A DNA stretch of 64,000 nt, taken from assembly GCA_963665325.3 (NCBI GenBank), contig OZ224045.1:1696001-1760000 (forward strand). The letters are read 5' to 3'. This document shows positions 18,021 through 27,910 of the stretch, one piece after another. Each line of letters starts with the position of its first letter. The stretch's first letter is position 1. The position numbers were made by a program, and so were the translations under genes. The stretch is from Alphaproteobacteria bacterium. Lineage in GTDB: Bacteria; Pseudomonadota; Alphaproteobacteria; Bin95. Under the pieces are notes generated by a model. The model worked only from the letters and a program-made list of their open reading frames with translations, had not been told where the DNA came from and made no database searches.

Positions 18021-19241
18021 ATGCACCGAAAGAAGCTTCTGCAAATTTCGACGGTCCTGGCATTGGCGATGGGCTTGGGCGGTGCGGCACAGGCGGCCGA
18101 TCCGATCAAGATCGGCTATGTCGGCGGTATCTCTGGCCCATGCGGCGGGCTTACTCATTCGGCCGTCAAGGCGATGAAGATCGCGCTGGAGGAAATCAAC
18201 GCGGCCGGCGGCGCGGCAGGCCGCCAGATCGAGGTGGTCTGGCGCGATTCCAAGACCAAGCCGGACGAAGGCGCCAAGCAGACGCGCGACCTTATCCTTA
18301 CCGAAAAGGTCGATGTCCTGACCGGGGTCTGCTCAAGCTCGGTGTTCATGGCAATCAACCCGATATCGAAGCAATACGGCGTCCCGCTGGTAAGCGCGAT
18401 CAGCGGCACCCACAAGGCCACCGTCGATTTCGGCCATCCGTTCGTCTTCCAGACCCAGCCCCATACCCTCATGGAGGGCAAGGCGCTTGCGGAATATGCG
18501 GCGCGTCAGGACTGGAACAACATCGTCACCATGGGCCTCGATTACGAATGGGGGCGGACCACAGTCAAGGTTTTCACCGAGGAACTGGCGAAGCTCAAGC
18601 CCGAGGTGAAAATCTCGACGCAGCTCTGGCCGCGTTTCGGCGAAACCAACCTGACCTCCTACATCACCGCGGCATTGGCCGAAGAGCCCGACGCGATCAT
18701 GGGAGTCCTGTTCGGCAGCGGCACCAACAGCCTGATCAAGCAGGGCAGGTCTTACGGGCTGCTGGAACGGACCGAACTGCTGACCTTCCTCAGCACCGAA
18801 AGCTACATGGCTCTCGGCAAGGATATCCCGGACGGCGTGCATGGTTGGGCCCGCGGGCCGTTCTACGCGTTGGACAGCGACAGGGCGAAAGCCTTTATCG
18901 CGAAGTACCGCAAGGCACATGGCGGCGAGTATCCGAACGACTGGGGCATGCTTGCCTACGATGCGATGCACATCATCGCCGGCGGCATCGACGCGGCGGG
19001 CGGAGCCGAGCCGGAGAAATTCCGCCAGGCGCTCGGCTCGACGACGTTCGACACCATGCGCGGACCGCTGAAGATGCGGATGATCGACAACACCTTCAAC
19101 GCGCCGAGCTATCTGGGCGTGACGATGATGTCCGATGCCTATCCGTTTCCGACCATGTCGAACGTGACCGTGATTCCGGGCGACATCACCCTGCCGTCGG
19201 AAGATACGGTAAAGGCGCTGCGAGCGGCGGCGGCCAAGTAA
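18021..19241 (+). CDS. Branched-chain/aromatic acid ABC transporter substrate-binding protein (LivK-like)
   Basis: Signal peptide AAQA, IKIG, EEINAAGG, Peripla_BP_6-like pattern. Confidence 0.92.
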   Translation: MHRKKLLQISTVLALAMGLGGAAQAADPIKIGYVGGISGPCGGLTHSAVKAMKIALEEINAAGGAAGRQIEVVWRDSKTKPDEGAKQTRDLILTEKVDVLTGVCSSSVFMAINPISKQYGVPLVSAISGTHKATVDFGHPFVFQTQPHTLMEGKALAEYAARQDWNNIVTMGLDYEWGRTTVKVFTEELAKLKPEVKISTQLWPRFGETNLTSYITAALAEEPDAIMGVLFGSGTNSLIKQGRSYGLLERTELLTFLSTESYMALGKDIPDGVHGWARGPFYALDSDRAKAFIAKYRKAHGGEYPNDWGMLAYDAMHIIAGGIDAAGGAEPEKFRQALGSTTFDTMRGPLKMRMIDNTFNAPSYLGVTMMSDAYPFPTMSNVTVIPGDITLPSEDTVKALRAAAAK

Positions 19242-19328
19242 CGGGCGGGCGGTCGCGGACCGCTCTTCAGGAGTCCTCCCCCGCAATTGCGGGGCGAGGG
19301 CGTCCCGCGCCGTCACGGAAATCGAGCG

Positions 19329-20192
19329 ATGCTACTCGTGCAAATCCTGCAGGGCGTCATGGAGGGGATATTCCTCTTCCTGATTGCATCCGGCCTGACC
19401 CTGATTTTCGGCGTATCGCGGATCGTCAATTTCGCCCACGGCTCGTTCTACATGGTCGGCGCCTTCCTGACCTACCAGATATATCCATGGATTGCCGAGG
19501 GCACGGCCCTCGGTTTTTTTGTGACTATCGTGATCTGCGGGTTGCTGGTGGCCGCGCTGGGCTTGCTGTTCGAGGTTTTTCTGCTGCGCCGCGTCTATCA
19601 CGCCGAGGAACTGATGCAGCTGGTGCTTACCCTGGCTGCGGTGTTGATAATCCGCGACGTCACCAAGTTCATTTGGGGTCTCGATGACGTATCGGTCTCG
19701 CTGCCGGACGCCCTGTCCGGGGCGGCGGTGATCGGCGGCACCTATCTGCCGACCTATCAACTGGTCATGGTGGGCGTGGGCATGGTGGTGCTGGCGGCGG
19801 TGTGGAGTTTCCTCAAATTCACCCATGCCGGGATCATTCTGCGGGCCGCGACCGACGACCGTGGCATGGTCGCGCTACTCGGCACCAACCAGGCCCATGT
19901 CTTTACCTCGGTTTTCGCCATCGGCTGTTTCCTGGCCGGGATCGCCGGCGGTTTCGCCGCCGCCTTCGAGAGCATCAACTATCTGCTCGACACGCGGGTC
20001 ATTGTGCTTGCTTTTATCGTGGTCGTGATCGGCGGGCTCGGTAACTTTTACGGCGCCCTCTATGCCGCGCTTGCGGTCGGTATCCTGAAGGCGCTCGGCC
20101 TCTTGTTCGCGCCGCGATTGTCGATGGTGATCATTTTCCTGCTTATGGCGGCGGTGCTGCTCATCCGGTCCCTGCGCAGAACGACGGAGTGA
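19329..20192 (+). CDS. Liv-type ABC permease (LivH-like)
   Basis: GLTLIFGVSRIVNFAHG; VVIGGLG. Confidence 0.92.
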   Translation: MLLVQILQGVMEGIFLFLIASGLTLIFGVSRIVNFAHGSFYMVGAFLTYQIYPWIAEGTALGFFVTIVICGLLVAALGLLFEVFLLRRVYHAEELMQLVLTLAAVLIIRDVTKFIWGLDDVSVSLPDALSGAAVIGGTYLPTYQLVMVGVGMVVLAAVWSFLKFTHAGIILRAATDDRGMVALLGTNQAHVFTSVFAIGCFLAGIAGGFAAAFESINYLLDTRVIVLAFIVVVIGGLGNFYGALYAALAVGILKALGLLFAPRLSMVIIFLLMAAVLLIRSLRRTTE

Positions 20193-21181
20193 TCATGGCG
20201 CGAGACGAAGGGACCCCCACTGAATCCGGATCGGCGCTGCAAGGCCGGGACGCCTATTCGATCAACTGGCGCCTGGTCGCGGCCGTGGTCCTGTTGCAGG
20301 CCATCCTGCTGGTGGTTTCGCCGCCCCTGCTGGTCTTTGCGCTGATCGAGGTGATGATTTTCGCCCTCTACGCCAGCGCTCTCAACCTGCTGCTGAGTTT
20401 CAGCGGCATGGTGTCCTTCGGACATGCCGTGTATTTCGGCCTCGGCGCCTACGGTCTGGCTCTGTCCATCACTCATTTCGATTTCCCGATCGCGCTCGGC
20501 ATCGTCGCCGGACCGCTGGTCGCCGCATTCTTCGGTCTGATCTATGGAATCCTCTGCGTCCAGCTGACGGCAATCTATGCGGCGATGCTTACGCTGGCAT
20601 GCGCCGAGGTGACGTACGCGGTCGTCTTTCAATGGTTCGACGTGACCGGCGGCGATTCGGGCATCTCCGGCCATGTCCCGACCATGCTCGGGCTCGCGCC
20701 CTATCAGTTCGGCCTTGTGGTCCTGTGCGTGGTTACAGTGGCGATCCTGATGCTGTGGCGCGTCGTATATTCCCCGCTCGGCCTCACCATACGGGCCGTC
20801 GGCCAGAACCCGGCCCGCGCCGCCGCCCTCGGGCACGGGCGAAAATCGATACAGTTGATCGCCTTTGTCATCTCAGCATTTTTCTCCGGTGTTGCCGGCA
20901 CACTGTTCGGAATTTTCCACGGCAATGTCTTTCCGGACTATGTCGGTGTCCTGTTCACCGTCGACGGCCTGTTGATGGTGGTGCTCGGGGGCCTCTACAG
21001 CTTCGGCGCCGGCATTTACGGGGCCATCATCTACAAGCTTCTCGACAACCTTGCGGCCCATTACTTCCAGTACTGGCAGCTTGTTGTCGGGGTCATCATC
21101 GTTGTCGTCGTGCTCGTTTCCCCGAGCGGCATTGCCGGTCTGGTCCGGCGCATCGTCGACCGGTTCGAACGGCGGCCGTGA
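20189..21181 (+). CDS. Liv-type ABC permease (LivM-like)
   Basis: GMVSFGHAVYFGLGAY, AMLTLA, TGGDSG. Confidence 0.92.
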   Translation: MIMARDEGTPTESGSALQGRDAYSINWRLVAAVVLLQAILLVVSPPLLVFALIEVMIFALYASALNLLLSFSGMVSFGHAVYFGLGAYGLALSITHFDFPIALGIVAGPLVAAFFGLIYGILCVQLTAIYAAMLTLACAEVTYAVVFQWFDVTGGDSGISGHVPTMLGLAPYQFGLVVLCVVTVAILMLWRVVYSPLGLTIRAVGQNPARAAALGHGRKSIQLIAFVISAFFSGVAGTLFGIFHGNVFPDYVGVLFTVDGLLMVVLGGLYSFGAGIYGAIIYKLLDNLAAHYFQYWQLVVGVIIVVVVLVSPSGIAGLVRRIVDRFERRP

Positions 21182-21942
21182 CCGTGAACGCTATATCGCA
21201 GCCGGCCCTCAAGGTGCGTGGCCTGCACAAGGAATTCGGCCGGTTCGTCGCCCTGGACAGTGTCGATCTCACTGTCGCCGATGGAGAGATCCGCGCCATT
21301 ATCGGTCCCAACGGCGCCGGCAAGACCACATTGATCAATGTACTCAGCGGCCAGATAGTCGCGGATCGCGGCAGTGTCGAAATCGCCGGCCGCAGGCTCA
21401 GCCGCCAGCATCCACACCAGGTGGCGAAACTCGGTGTGGGCCGCACTTACCAGATATCGAGCACCCTGCGGCGCATGACTGTTTTCGATAACATGCTCTG
21501 CGCGCACAATGCCGTGTCGGGCAACTGGTTCAGCCTGCGGGCCGGCCGATTGCGGGCGATGGAAGACGCGGTGCTTGCCGATCTGAAGACCATTGAGCTC
21601 GACGGACTCGCCAACCAGGTGGTTGACGATATTTCGCACGGCGACCGCAAGCGGCTGGAGTTCGGCATGGTGCTGGCAACCCGGCCGAAAGTGTTGCTGC
21701 TCGACGAACCGACCGCCGGGATGGGACTGCGCGAGCGCCATGAACTGATCGATCTGGTGCTGGCGGTCACGCGCGAACGGCGGCTGACGCTGGTGTTCGT
21801 CGAACACGATATCGACGTTGTCTTCAAGGCGGCGGAGTCGATCACGGTGATGGCGCTCGGAGGCGTCTTCGCAGAAGGGAAGCCGGACGAGATCGCCGCC
21901 AATTCGGCGGTTCAGGACATTTACCTCGGCGGGAACGCCTGA
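21178..21942 (+). CDS. Liv-type ABC ATP-binding protein (LivG-like)
   Basis: GPNGAGKTT, LLDEPTAG, EHD; GTG start overlapping the upstream stop. Confidence 0.92.
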   Translation: MTVNAISQPALKVRGLHKEFGRFVALDSVDLTVADGEIRAIIGPNGAGKTTLINVLSGQIVADRGSVEIAGRRLSRQHPHQVAKLGVGRTYQISSTLRRMTVFDNMLCAHNAVSGNWFSLRAGRLRAMEDAVLADLKTIELDGLANQVVDDISHGDRKRLEFGMVLATRPKVLLLDEPTAGMGLRERHELIDLVLAVTRERRLTLVFVEHDIDVVFKAAESITVMALGGVFAEGKPDEIAANSAVQDIYLGGNA

Positions 21943-22649
21943 TGTTGACCCTCGAAGGCGTGACCGCGGCTTACGGGCAGAGCCAGGCGCTCCACGGTAT
22001 CGACCTCGAGGTGAGCGAAGGCGAAGTCGTGTGCATGGTGGGCCGCAATGGCGCCGGCAAGACCAGCACGATGCGCTGCATCGTACATGACCTGATTCGG
22101 GTAATCGGCGGATCCGTTCGTTTCAAGGGCGACGATATCGCCGGCCTCCAACCGCATCTGATCGCCCGCAAGGGCATTGGCTATGTCCCGGAGGATCGCC
22201 GGGTCTTCGCCAGCCTGACGGTGGCAGAAAACCTGAAAGTGCCGCGTTCGCATACCGCAAACGGCGGTTACTGGAACATCGAGCGGGTGACGGAACTGTT
22301 TCCGCAACTCGGGGAATTCCACTCCCGGCTTGCCGGAAACCTCAGCGGCGGCCAGCAGCAGATGCTGAGCATCGCGCGCTCCCTGCTGACCAACCCGCAG
22401 CTGCTCCTCCTCGACGAACCGCATGAAGGCCTGGCGCCGATCGTTGCGCGAGATGTGATCGCGGCGGTCAATACGCTTAAGTCATTGGGCGTATCGATGC
22501 TGATATCGGAGCAGCAACTGCACCTGGTGCACGAAACCGCCGACCGTATCTACATTATCGACCGCGGCCGCATGGTGTTTACCGGCACCATGGAAGAGTT
22601 CGAGCGCGACCCCGAAATCGCCCGGCGCTATCTCATGGTGGTGCAGTAG
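21942..22649 (+). CDS. Liv-type ABC ATP-binding protein (LivF-like)
   Basis: GRNGAGKTS, YVPEDRRVF, LSGGQQQML. Confidence 0.93.
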   Translation: MLTLEGVTAAYGQSQALHGIDLEVSEGEVVCMVGRNGAGKTSTMRCIVHDLIRVIGGSVRFKGDDIAGLQPHLIARKGIGYVPEDRRVFASLTVAENLKVPRSHTANGGYWNIERVTELFPQLGEFHSRLAGNLSGGQQQMLSIARSLLTNPQLLLLDEPHEGLAPIVARDVIAAVNTLKSLGVSMLISEQQLHLVHETADRIYIIDRGRMVFTGTMEEFERDPEIARRYLMVVQ

Positions 22650-22717
22650 AGAGCGTCCCCGATCCGTTCGATGAACGACTTGCACCAACGGATGCGTCCA
22701 CGGATGCTCCAGAGGGT

Positions 22718-23392
22718 TCAATCCAGAGTGGTTCGGTCGACTTCAGCAGTGGAGTTGGAACGCGCGTCGGGCCCGAAAAATGCGTCGTGCCATATCCGGG
22801 TCACGATCCTCGCGGCGTCATCGACGGAGACCGGGTGCTCGTTCAGCTGTTCCTCCTGCGAGAACCAGACATAGGCGCATTGCTCCACCATTGCAGCCAT
22901 GGCTTCGGCAACGAGACGGGCCGGAACGCCGTCTATCGTTTCAACACCGAACTTCGCCTTGAGGGCGCCGGCAAACCGATCGACATGGCGGTCCCGCATC
23001 GCCCACCAGACGCTGCGAAATCGCTTGTCAACCGTGGACGCCTCGATCAGGGCGCGCATCACGTCCCGATTTTCGCTGTAAAGCGAAAGATAGCCGCGGT
23101 TGGCTTCGAGCAAGGCCCCCCTGGGGTCGGTCGCCAGTTGTTTGTTCGGCGCCCGGCTCGCTTCGAACAAGGCCTCGTGAATGCCCTCGATCAAGGCCCT
23201 GAACAGGTCCTCCTTGTTGCGGAAATACCGGTAGAGAGCGCCGAGCGATACCCCGGCCTCGTCGGCAACGTCGATCATCTTGAGGGTGACATACCCGTTG
23301 CGGGCCAGCACTTTTCGGCCACTGGCCAAGAGGCGGCTGCGTGTACGCCGGCCTTTGGGTGTCGTCGGGAATTGGATCGTCTGCTCAGCCAT
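22718..23392 (-). CDS. TetR/AcrR family transcriptional regulator
   Basis: TPKGRRTRSRLL...VADEAGVSLGALYRYFRNKEDLF HTH; start MAEQ assumed. Confidence 0.92.
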   Translation of the reverse strand: MAEQTIQFPTTPKGRRTRSRLLASGRKVLARNGYVTLKMIDVADEAGVSLGALYRYFRNKEDLFRALIEGIHEALFEASRAPNKQLATDPRGALLEANRGYLSLYSENRDVMRALIEASTVDKRFRSVWWAMRDRHVDRFAGALKAKFGVETIDGVPARLVAEAMAAMVEQCAYVWFSQEEQLNEHPVSVDDAARIVTRIWHDAFFGPDARSNSTAEVDRTTLD

Positions 23393-23547
23393 TCCGTCGA
23401 TCTCCACCCGCTTCGGGCACCACCGAGTCACGCTCTCGATCGATCGCCGACCAACCTCCGGATGGTGCCGCGGCCGCTCCCGGGTGGTCCCTTGAAACCT
23501 GCTTTCGATCATGCCCAGACAGGTGGAAAAAGCAACACGGTCATTAA

Positions 23548-23567
23548 AAAAAGCGATATCGTTTCTT
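23548..23567. promoter_or_regulatory. Candidate TetR operator (AAGCGATATCGTTT-centred imperfect palindrome)
   Basis: AT-rich palindrome between the divergent tetR and CoA-ligase operon. Confidence 0.5.
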
Positions 23568-23655
23568 GAATTCGGGCCGAAGCGGCTTTACCTTGGACAC
23601 CGGCGGCGATGGCTCCGGATATGCGGTCGGACCGCGCTGACGACGGGAGCGGCAG

Positions 23656-25329
23656 ATGAGCGAGTTTCGTCCCGGAGATCCGGAAGGTTCGCAATCCTCG
23701 CGAGCAGCGTTTCCGGATACCGGCGACGCCAGGCGCGCCGAACGCGAACACCATTACCGTGCTATGGGGTGGTGGCCGGACGACTGCTTGCTCGACCGCT
23801 ATGCATCTACTGTTCAGCGCCTCGAAAGCCGCCTCGCTGTCACCGATGCGACCGGTCGGAAGCTTAGCCACGGCATGCTGTGGTGCGAGGCCGGGCGCCT
23901 CGCCGAGAAGCTGGAAGAGGGCGGCGTCGGTCGCGGCGACATCGTGATCCTTCTTCTGCCGAACGTCGTAGATACACAGATCGCGTTCGTCGCATTGCTG
24001 CGTCTCGGCGCCATACCCGCAAGTTTGCCGACCCGCACCGATACCGAGACCGTTGCCTACGCTGCCCGACTGACGGGGGCACGGGCGCTGGTTTCACTGG
24101 AGCGACACGGCACCGCGCAGCTGGGAGACATCGCCCGGGAAGCCGCTTCGACCTGCGGGCATGGCCTGGGCGTTTTCCTGTTCGACGAGTCCGGCGGGAC
24201 GTGGAGGATGGCGCCGACAGGTCAAAGAACGTCCCTGCCGGCAAGCGCGGCCGATCTCGCGCACATCATGTTCACGTCGAGCACGACCGGCCGGCCCAAA
24301 GCCGTCATGCACAGCGACAACACCCTCACGGCGCTAAATATCGGGTTCGCGGAGCGCTTCTCGCTCGGCCCGGACACGCCGATCTTTCTCGCCTCTCCCC
24401 TCGGACACAGCATAGGCGCCGTCCACGGTACCCGATTGTCGCTACACACCGGCGCGCCGCTCGTTCTGCAGGATATCTGGAATCCCGAGCGGGCGCTCGA
24501 AACGATCGAGGCGTTCGGTTGCGCCTTCACCGTTGCGGCGACGCCGTTTCTGAAGGATCTGGTCGACGCAAGCTGGCCGCGCCCGACGCCGAAGCTGGCG
24601 CCGCTGCGCTCATTTCTGTGCGGTGGCGCCCAGGTGCCCCCGTCACTGATGGAGGCCGCGCAGGCTGGGTTTCCCAACACGTTTGTTACGGTCCTCTGGG
24701 GCATGACCGAGGGTGGGCTCGTCACTTGCGTGCGCGAAAGCCCTCGCGAAAAACTTATGAACACCGCCGGTTTCGGCTTGCCGGGCCTCGAGCTGCGTTG
24801 CCTCTCCACCGCGGGTGACATTTTGCCCGCGGGTGAGGAGGGAGAGCTGGTCATGCGGGGACCGGGCGTCTTCACGGGCTATTTCGGCCAGCAGGACCTC
24901 TACGAATCCGAGATTGCGGACGACGGGTTCTTTCGCACCGGCGATCTCGCGCGGATCGACGCGGACGGATATGTGCACATCACCGGCAGGCTGAAGGACC
25001 TGATCATTCGCGGCGGCGTCAACATCTCGCCGGCGCCGATCGAGAATGCGCTCGCGGACCATCCGGGCGTAAACGCCGTGGCTGTTATCGGCCATCCCGA
25101 CGAGCGGTTGGGCGAACGCATCTGCGCCGTGGTGCTGCCCGACGGCGAGGCCCCGAGCCTCGAAGACCTCATCGCCCACGCGCAGGCACGGCGCTTGCCG
25201 AAACATCACTGCCCCGAGGTGCTGCGCATCGTCGACAGCATGCCGATGACGCCGGCAGGAAAGATCCGCAAGGCCGACCTCCGCGCTGTCGCGGCTGGCG
25301 ACGGCGCCGGATCGGGAGAACCAGCATGA
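23656..25329 (+). CDS. AMP-binding acyl-CoA ligase (cyclohexanecarboxylate-CoA ligase-like)
   Basis: FTSSTTGRPK, WGMTE, FRTGD, GRLKDLIIRGG, PAGKIRK. Confidence 0.92.
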   Translation: MSEFRPGDPEGSQSSRAAFPDTGDARRAEREHHYRAMGWWPDDCLLDRYASTVQRLESRLAVTDATGRKLSHGMLWCEAGRLAEKLEEGGVGRGDIVILLLPNVVDTQIAFVALLRLGAIPASLPTRTDTETVAYAARLTGARALVSLERHGTAQLGDIAREAASTCGHGLGVFLFDESGGTWRMAPTGQRTSLPASAADLAHIMFTSSTTGRPKAVMHSDNTLTALNIGFAERFSLGPDTPIFLASPLGHSIGAVHGTRLSLHTGAPLVLQDIWNPERALETIEAFGCAFTVAATPFLKDLVDASWPRPTPKLAPLRSFLCGGAQVPPSLMEAAQAGFPNTFVTVLWGMTEGGLVTCVRESPREKLMNTAGFGLPGLELRCLSTAGDILPAGEEGELVMRGPGVFTGYFGQQDLYESEIADDGFFRTGDLARIDADGYVHITGRLKDLIIRGGVNISPAPIENALADHPGVNAVAVIGHPDERLGERICAVVLPDGEAPSLEDLIAHAQARRLPKHHCPEVLRIVDSMPMTPAGKIRKADLRAVAAGDGAGSGEPA

Positions 25330-26117
25330 GGGTCCGGCTCGCCGATATAGACGTCGGCTACACGCGCATGGGCGAGGGGCCGCCGGCGGTCATGGTCCAC
25401 GGCCTTGCGGAGGACCGGAGCAGCTGGGCGGATGTCCAGCGCCGGCTGAGCGACTTCACGACCTACGCATACGACCTTCGCGGCCATGGCGAGACCGACC
25501 TGGGCGAGGCCGAGGGCACGCTGGAACAGCTGGGCGGAGACCTCATCGCCTTCCTCGAGGCACTGACGGGTCCCGCCGACTGCATCGGCTACTCGCTCGG
25601 GGGCACGGTGGTGCTCTGGGTGGCGGCCAGGCGGCCCGACCTGGTGACCAGGGCTACGGTCGCCGGTACCTCGACCGTTGTCGGACGGCGCGCTGCGGGG
25701 TTCTTCCATGACCGCATCGAGACGCTCCAGAGCGATTTCCCTACCTTTGCCGGCCTGCTCAAGGAGGATACGCGCCAACAGCTCGCCGTCGCCGGCGACC
25801 AACTTGAAGAAGTTGCAGCCCGACGCCTCAAGGCGGTCGGCACCGGGGGTGGCTACATAAACGCCGCCCGCGCGATGGCGAAACTCAACGAGGAGCCGCT
25901 CACCCAAATGCTGCTAGGCATAACCTGCCCGGTCCATGTGATCGGCGGCGAGGCCGACGCGTTCTGTCCGCGCAAGGCGGCGGACATCATGATGGCCGCT
26001 CTGCGCCGCGGCACCTATCGCGAGGTCGCGCGGGCCGGGCATCTGATGAGCGTCGACCGGCCCGACGCCTATGCACAGGCCATTCGCAACGCACTCGAGA
26101 GCAGCGCCCGATGGTGA
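25326..26117 (+). CDS. Alpha/beta hydrolase (enol-lactonase PcaD-like)
   Basis: VHG, YDLRGHG, nucleophile GYSLGG, AGHL. Confidence 0.88.
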   Translation: MRVRLADIDVGYTRMGEGPPAVMVHGLAEDRSSWADVQRRLSDFTTYAYDLRGHGETDLGEAEGTLEQLGGDLIAFLEALTGPADCIGYSLGGTVVLWVAARRPDLVTRATVAGTSTVVGRRAAGFFHDRIETLQSDFPTFAGLLKEDTRQQLAVAGDQLEEVAARRLKAVGTGGGYINAARAMAKLNEEPLTQMLLGITCPVHVIGGEADAFCPRKAADIMMAALRRGTYREVARAGHLMSVDRPDAYAQAIRNALESSARW

Positions 26118-27115
26118 AGCGGTTCGGAATTTCCAGGGGAGTCAGCCCGCGCGAGACGTTCGGCCGAGTCGGGGAGATTGCGAAGAAGGCCGAGGAACTC
26201 GGCTTCGAAGCGCTCTGGTTCATCGATCACCAGCTCGGCATGAAAGACGTCTATGCGGCGATGAACGTTTCGGCGATGGCGACCGGGTCGATCGGGATCG
26301 GTTGCGCGGTCACCAACCTCCGAACGCGTCATCCCACGGTCACCGCCAACGCCACGACAGCGCTCGACGAGCTCTCGGACGGGCGGGCTCTATTGGGCCT
26401 CGGCGCGGGTTGGGTCGCCGTCCATTCCATCGGAGAGAAGCCGAACAGGATCGCCGAACTTCGGGAGGGCATCGAGCTGTTTCGCAGGCTGTTCGCGGGC
26501 GACGAGGTCGATTTTTCCGGCGCCAGGGGGCGGCTCGCCATGGCGCGCCGGAAGATCCCGATCTATCTCGCCGTCTCGCAGCCCCGCATGCTCGAACTTG
26601 CGGGCGAAATTTGCGACGGCGCCATCCTGATGGGAGCGGCGGACCCGGACTTTTGCAACTGGCAGATCGAACATATCTACCGGGGTCTTCGAAAGGCCGG
26701 GCGCAGGCGTGAGGATATCGTCATCGATCTCGTCGTCACGATGAGCATCGACGAGGATACCGAACAAGCCATCGGCGACGTCCGCGCATGGGCGACCAGC
26801 CAGGCCGCGACCTTCGCGGCCTGGAAGGCGATGCCGCCGGGTTGGGAACGCTTTCGACCTGAATTCAAGGCCGCCGAGGATGCCTACCACTTCGAAGAGC
26901 ACCTGTCGCTGCGCGCCGCCCATAAGGAGATCGTAAGCGAGGAGTTCGTGCGCTCGGTAACGATTTCCGGCAATCGGGATCATTGCCTCGACCGGCTGCT
27001 CGAACTCTCGGCCGTCGACATCGACCGCATCAGCTTCGCCCTGCTCTCCAGAGGCCGTCTGCGCCGGCTGGAAGAACTCGGCAAGCATGTGATCCCCCGG
27101 CTCAAGGCGAATTAA
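26111..27115 (+). CDS. LLM class flavin-dependent oxidoreductase (Mer-like)
   Basis: AEELGFEALW, AVTNLRTRHPTVTA, LDELSDGRALLGLGAG. Confidence 0.9.
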   Translation: MVKRFGISRGVSPRETFGRVGEIAKKAEELGFEALWFIDHQLGMKDVYAAMNVSAMATGSIGIGCAVTNLRTRHPTVTANATTALDELSDGRALLGLGAGWVAVHSIGEKPNRIAELREGIELFRRLFAGDEVDFSGARGRLAMARRKIPIYLAVSQPRMLELAGEICDGAILMGAADPDFCNWQIEHIYRGLRKAGRRREDIVIDLVVTMSIDEDTEQAIGDVRAWATSQAATFAAWKAMPPGWERFRPEFKAAEDAYHFEEHLSLRAAHKEIVSEEFVRSVTISGNRDHCLDRLLELSAVDIDRISFALLSRGRLRRLEELGKHVIPRLKAN

Positions 27116-27130
27116 GCGGAGGCGAACGAG

Positions 27131-27910
27131 GTGCCGGCGCGAAACGAACAGGACGGAGAGCGCCCGGTGGCGCTCGTCACCGCAGCGGCCGGCGCCGGTA
27201 TCGGCGCCGCAATTGCGCGCCGGCTCGCCGCCGACGGCTACGACGTGGTGATCACCGACGCCCATGAACGCCGTTGCGGCGAGTTCGCCAGGCAACTGGC
27301 CGAGGAACACGGCAGGGAGTTCCTGTCGATGCCGCTCGATGTGACCGATTTCGGCGCGGTGGATGCCGTCACCCGCGCCGTCGCGGACCAGCGCGGCCGG
27401 ATTGACGCCCTCGTCAACAATGCAGGGTGGAGCAGGATCGAGCCGGTTGCCGAGATGATGCCCGACACCTGGCTGCGCTGCCTGGATGTCGACCTGAACG
27501 GCACGTTTTACACCATGCGTTGCGTGCTCCCGCACATGATTGCGCGAGGTTCGGGGGCCATCGTCAACATCTCGTCGATTGCGGCCTGGGAAACGACGAC
27601 CGAGCATGGCGCCGCCTATTCCGCGGCCAAGGCGGGGGTCCTGGCCCTCACGCGGGTCGCCGCCGCCGAGAACGGCCGGCATGGAATCCGCGTGAATGCT
27701 GTGGCACCCGGGCTGATCTACAACGACTTCCTGCGCCGGATCTACCCCGACGAGTTCTTCGACGGCTACGGGGAAACCCGATCTCTGGTCGGCCGCATCG
27801 GACAACCCCGGGACATAGCCGATCTAGTTGCCTTCCTGATCGACGAGCGAGCGGGATACATCACGGGAGAGGTGTACGGGATCAGCGGAGGCGTGGCTCC
27901 GAATGCCTGA
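27131..27910 (+). CDS. SDR family oxidoreductase
   Basis: TAAAGAGIG, LVNNAG, YSAAK. Confidence 0.92.
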   Translation: MPARNEQDGERPVALVTAAAGAGIGAAIARRLAADGYDVVITDAHERRCGEFARQLAEEHGREFLSMPLDVTDFGAVDAVTRAVADQRGRIDALVNNAGWSRIEPVAEMMPDTWLRCLDVDLNGTFYTMRCVLPHMIARGSGAIVNISSIAAWETTTEHGAAYSAAKAGVLALTRVAAAENGRHGIRVNAVAPGLIYNDFLRRIYPDEFFDGYGETRSLVGRIGQPRDIADLVAFLIDERAGYITGEVYGISGGVAPNA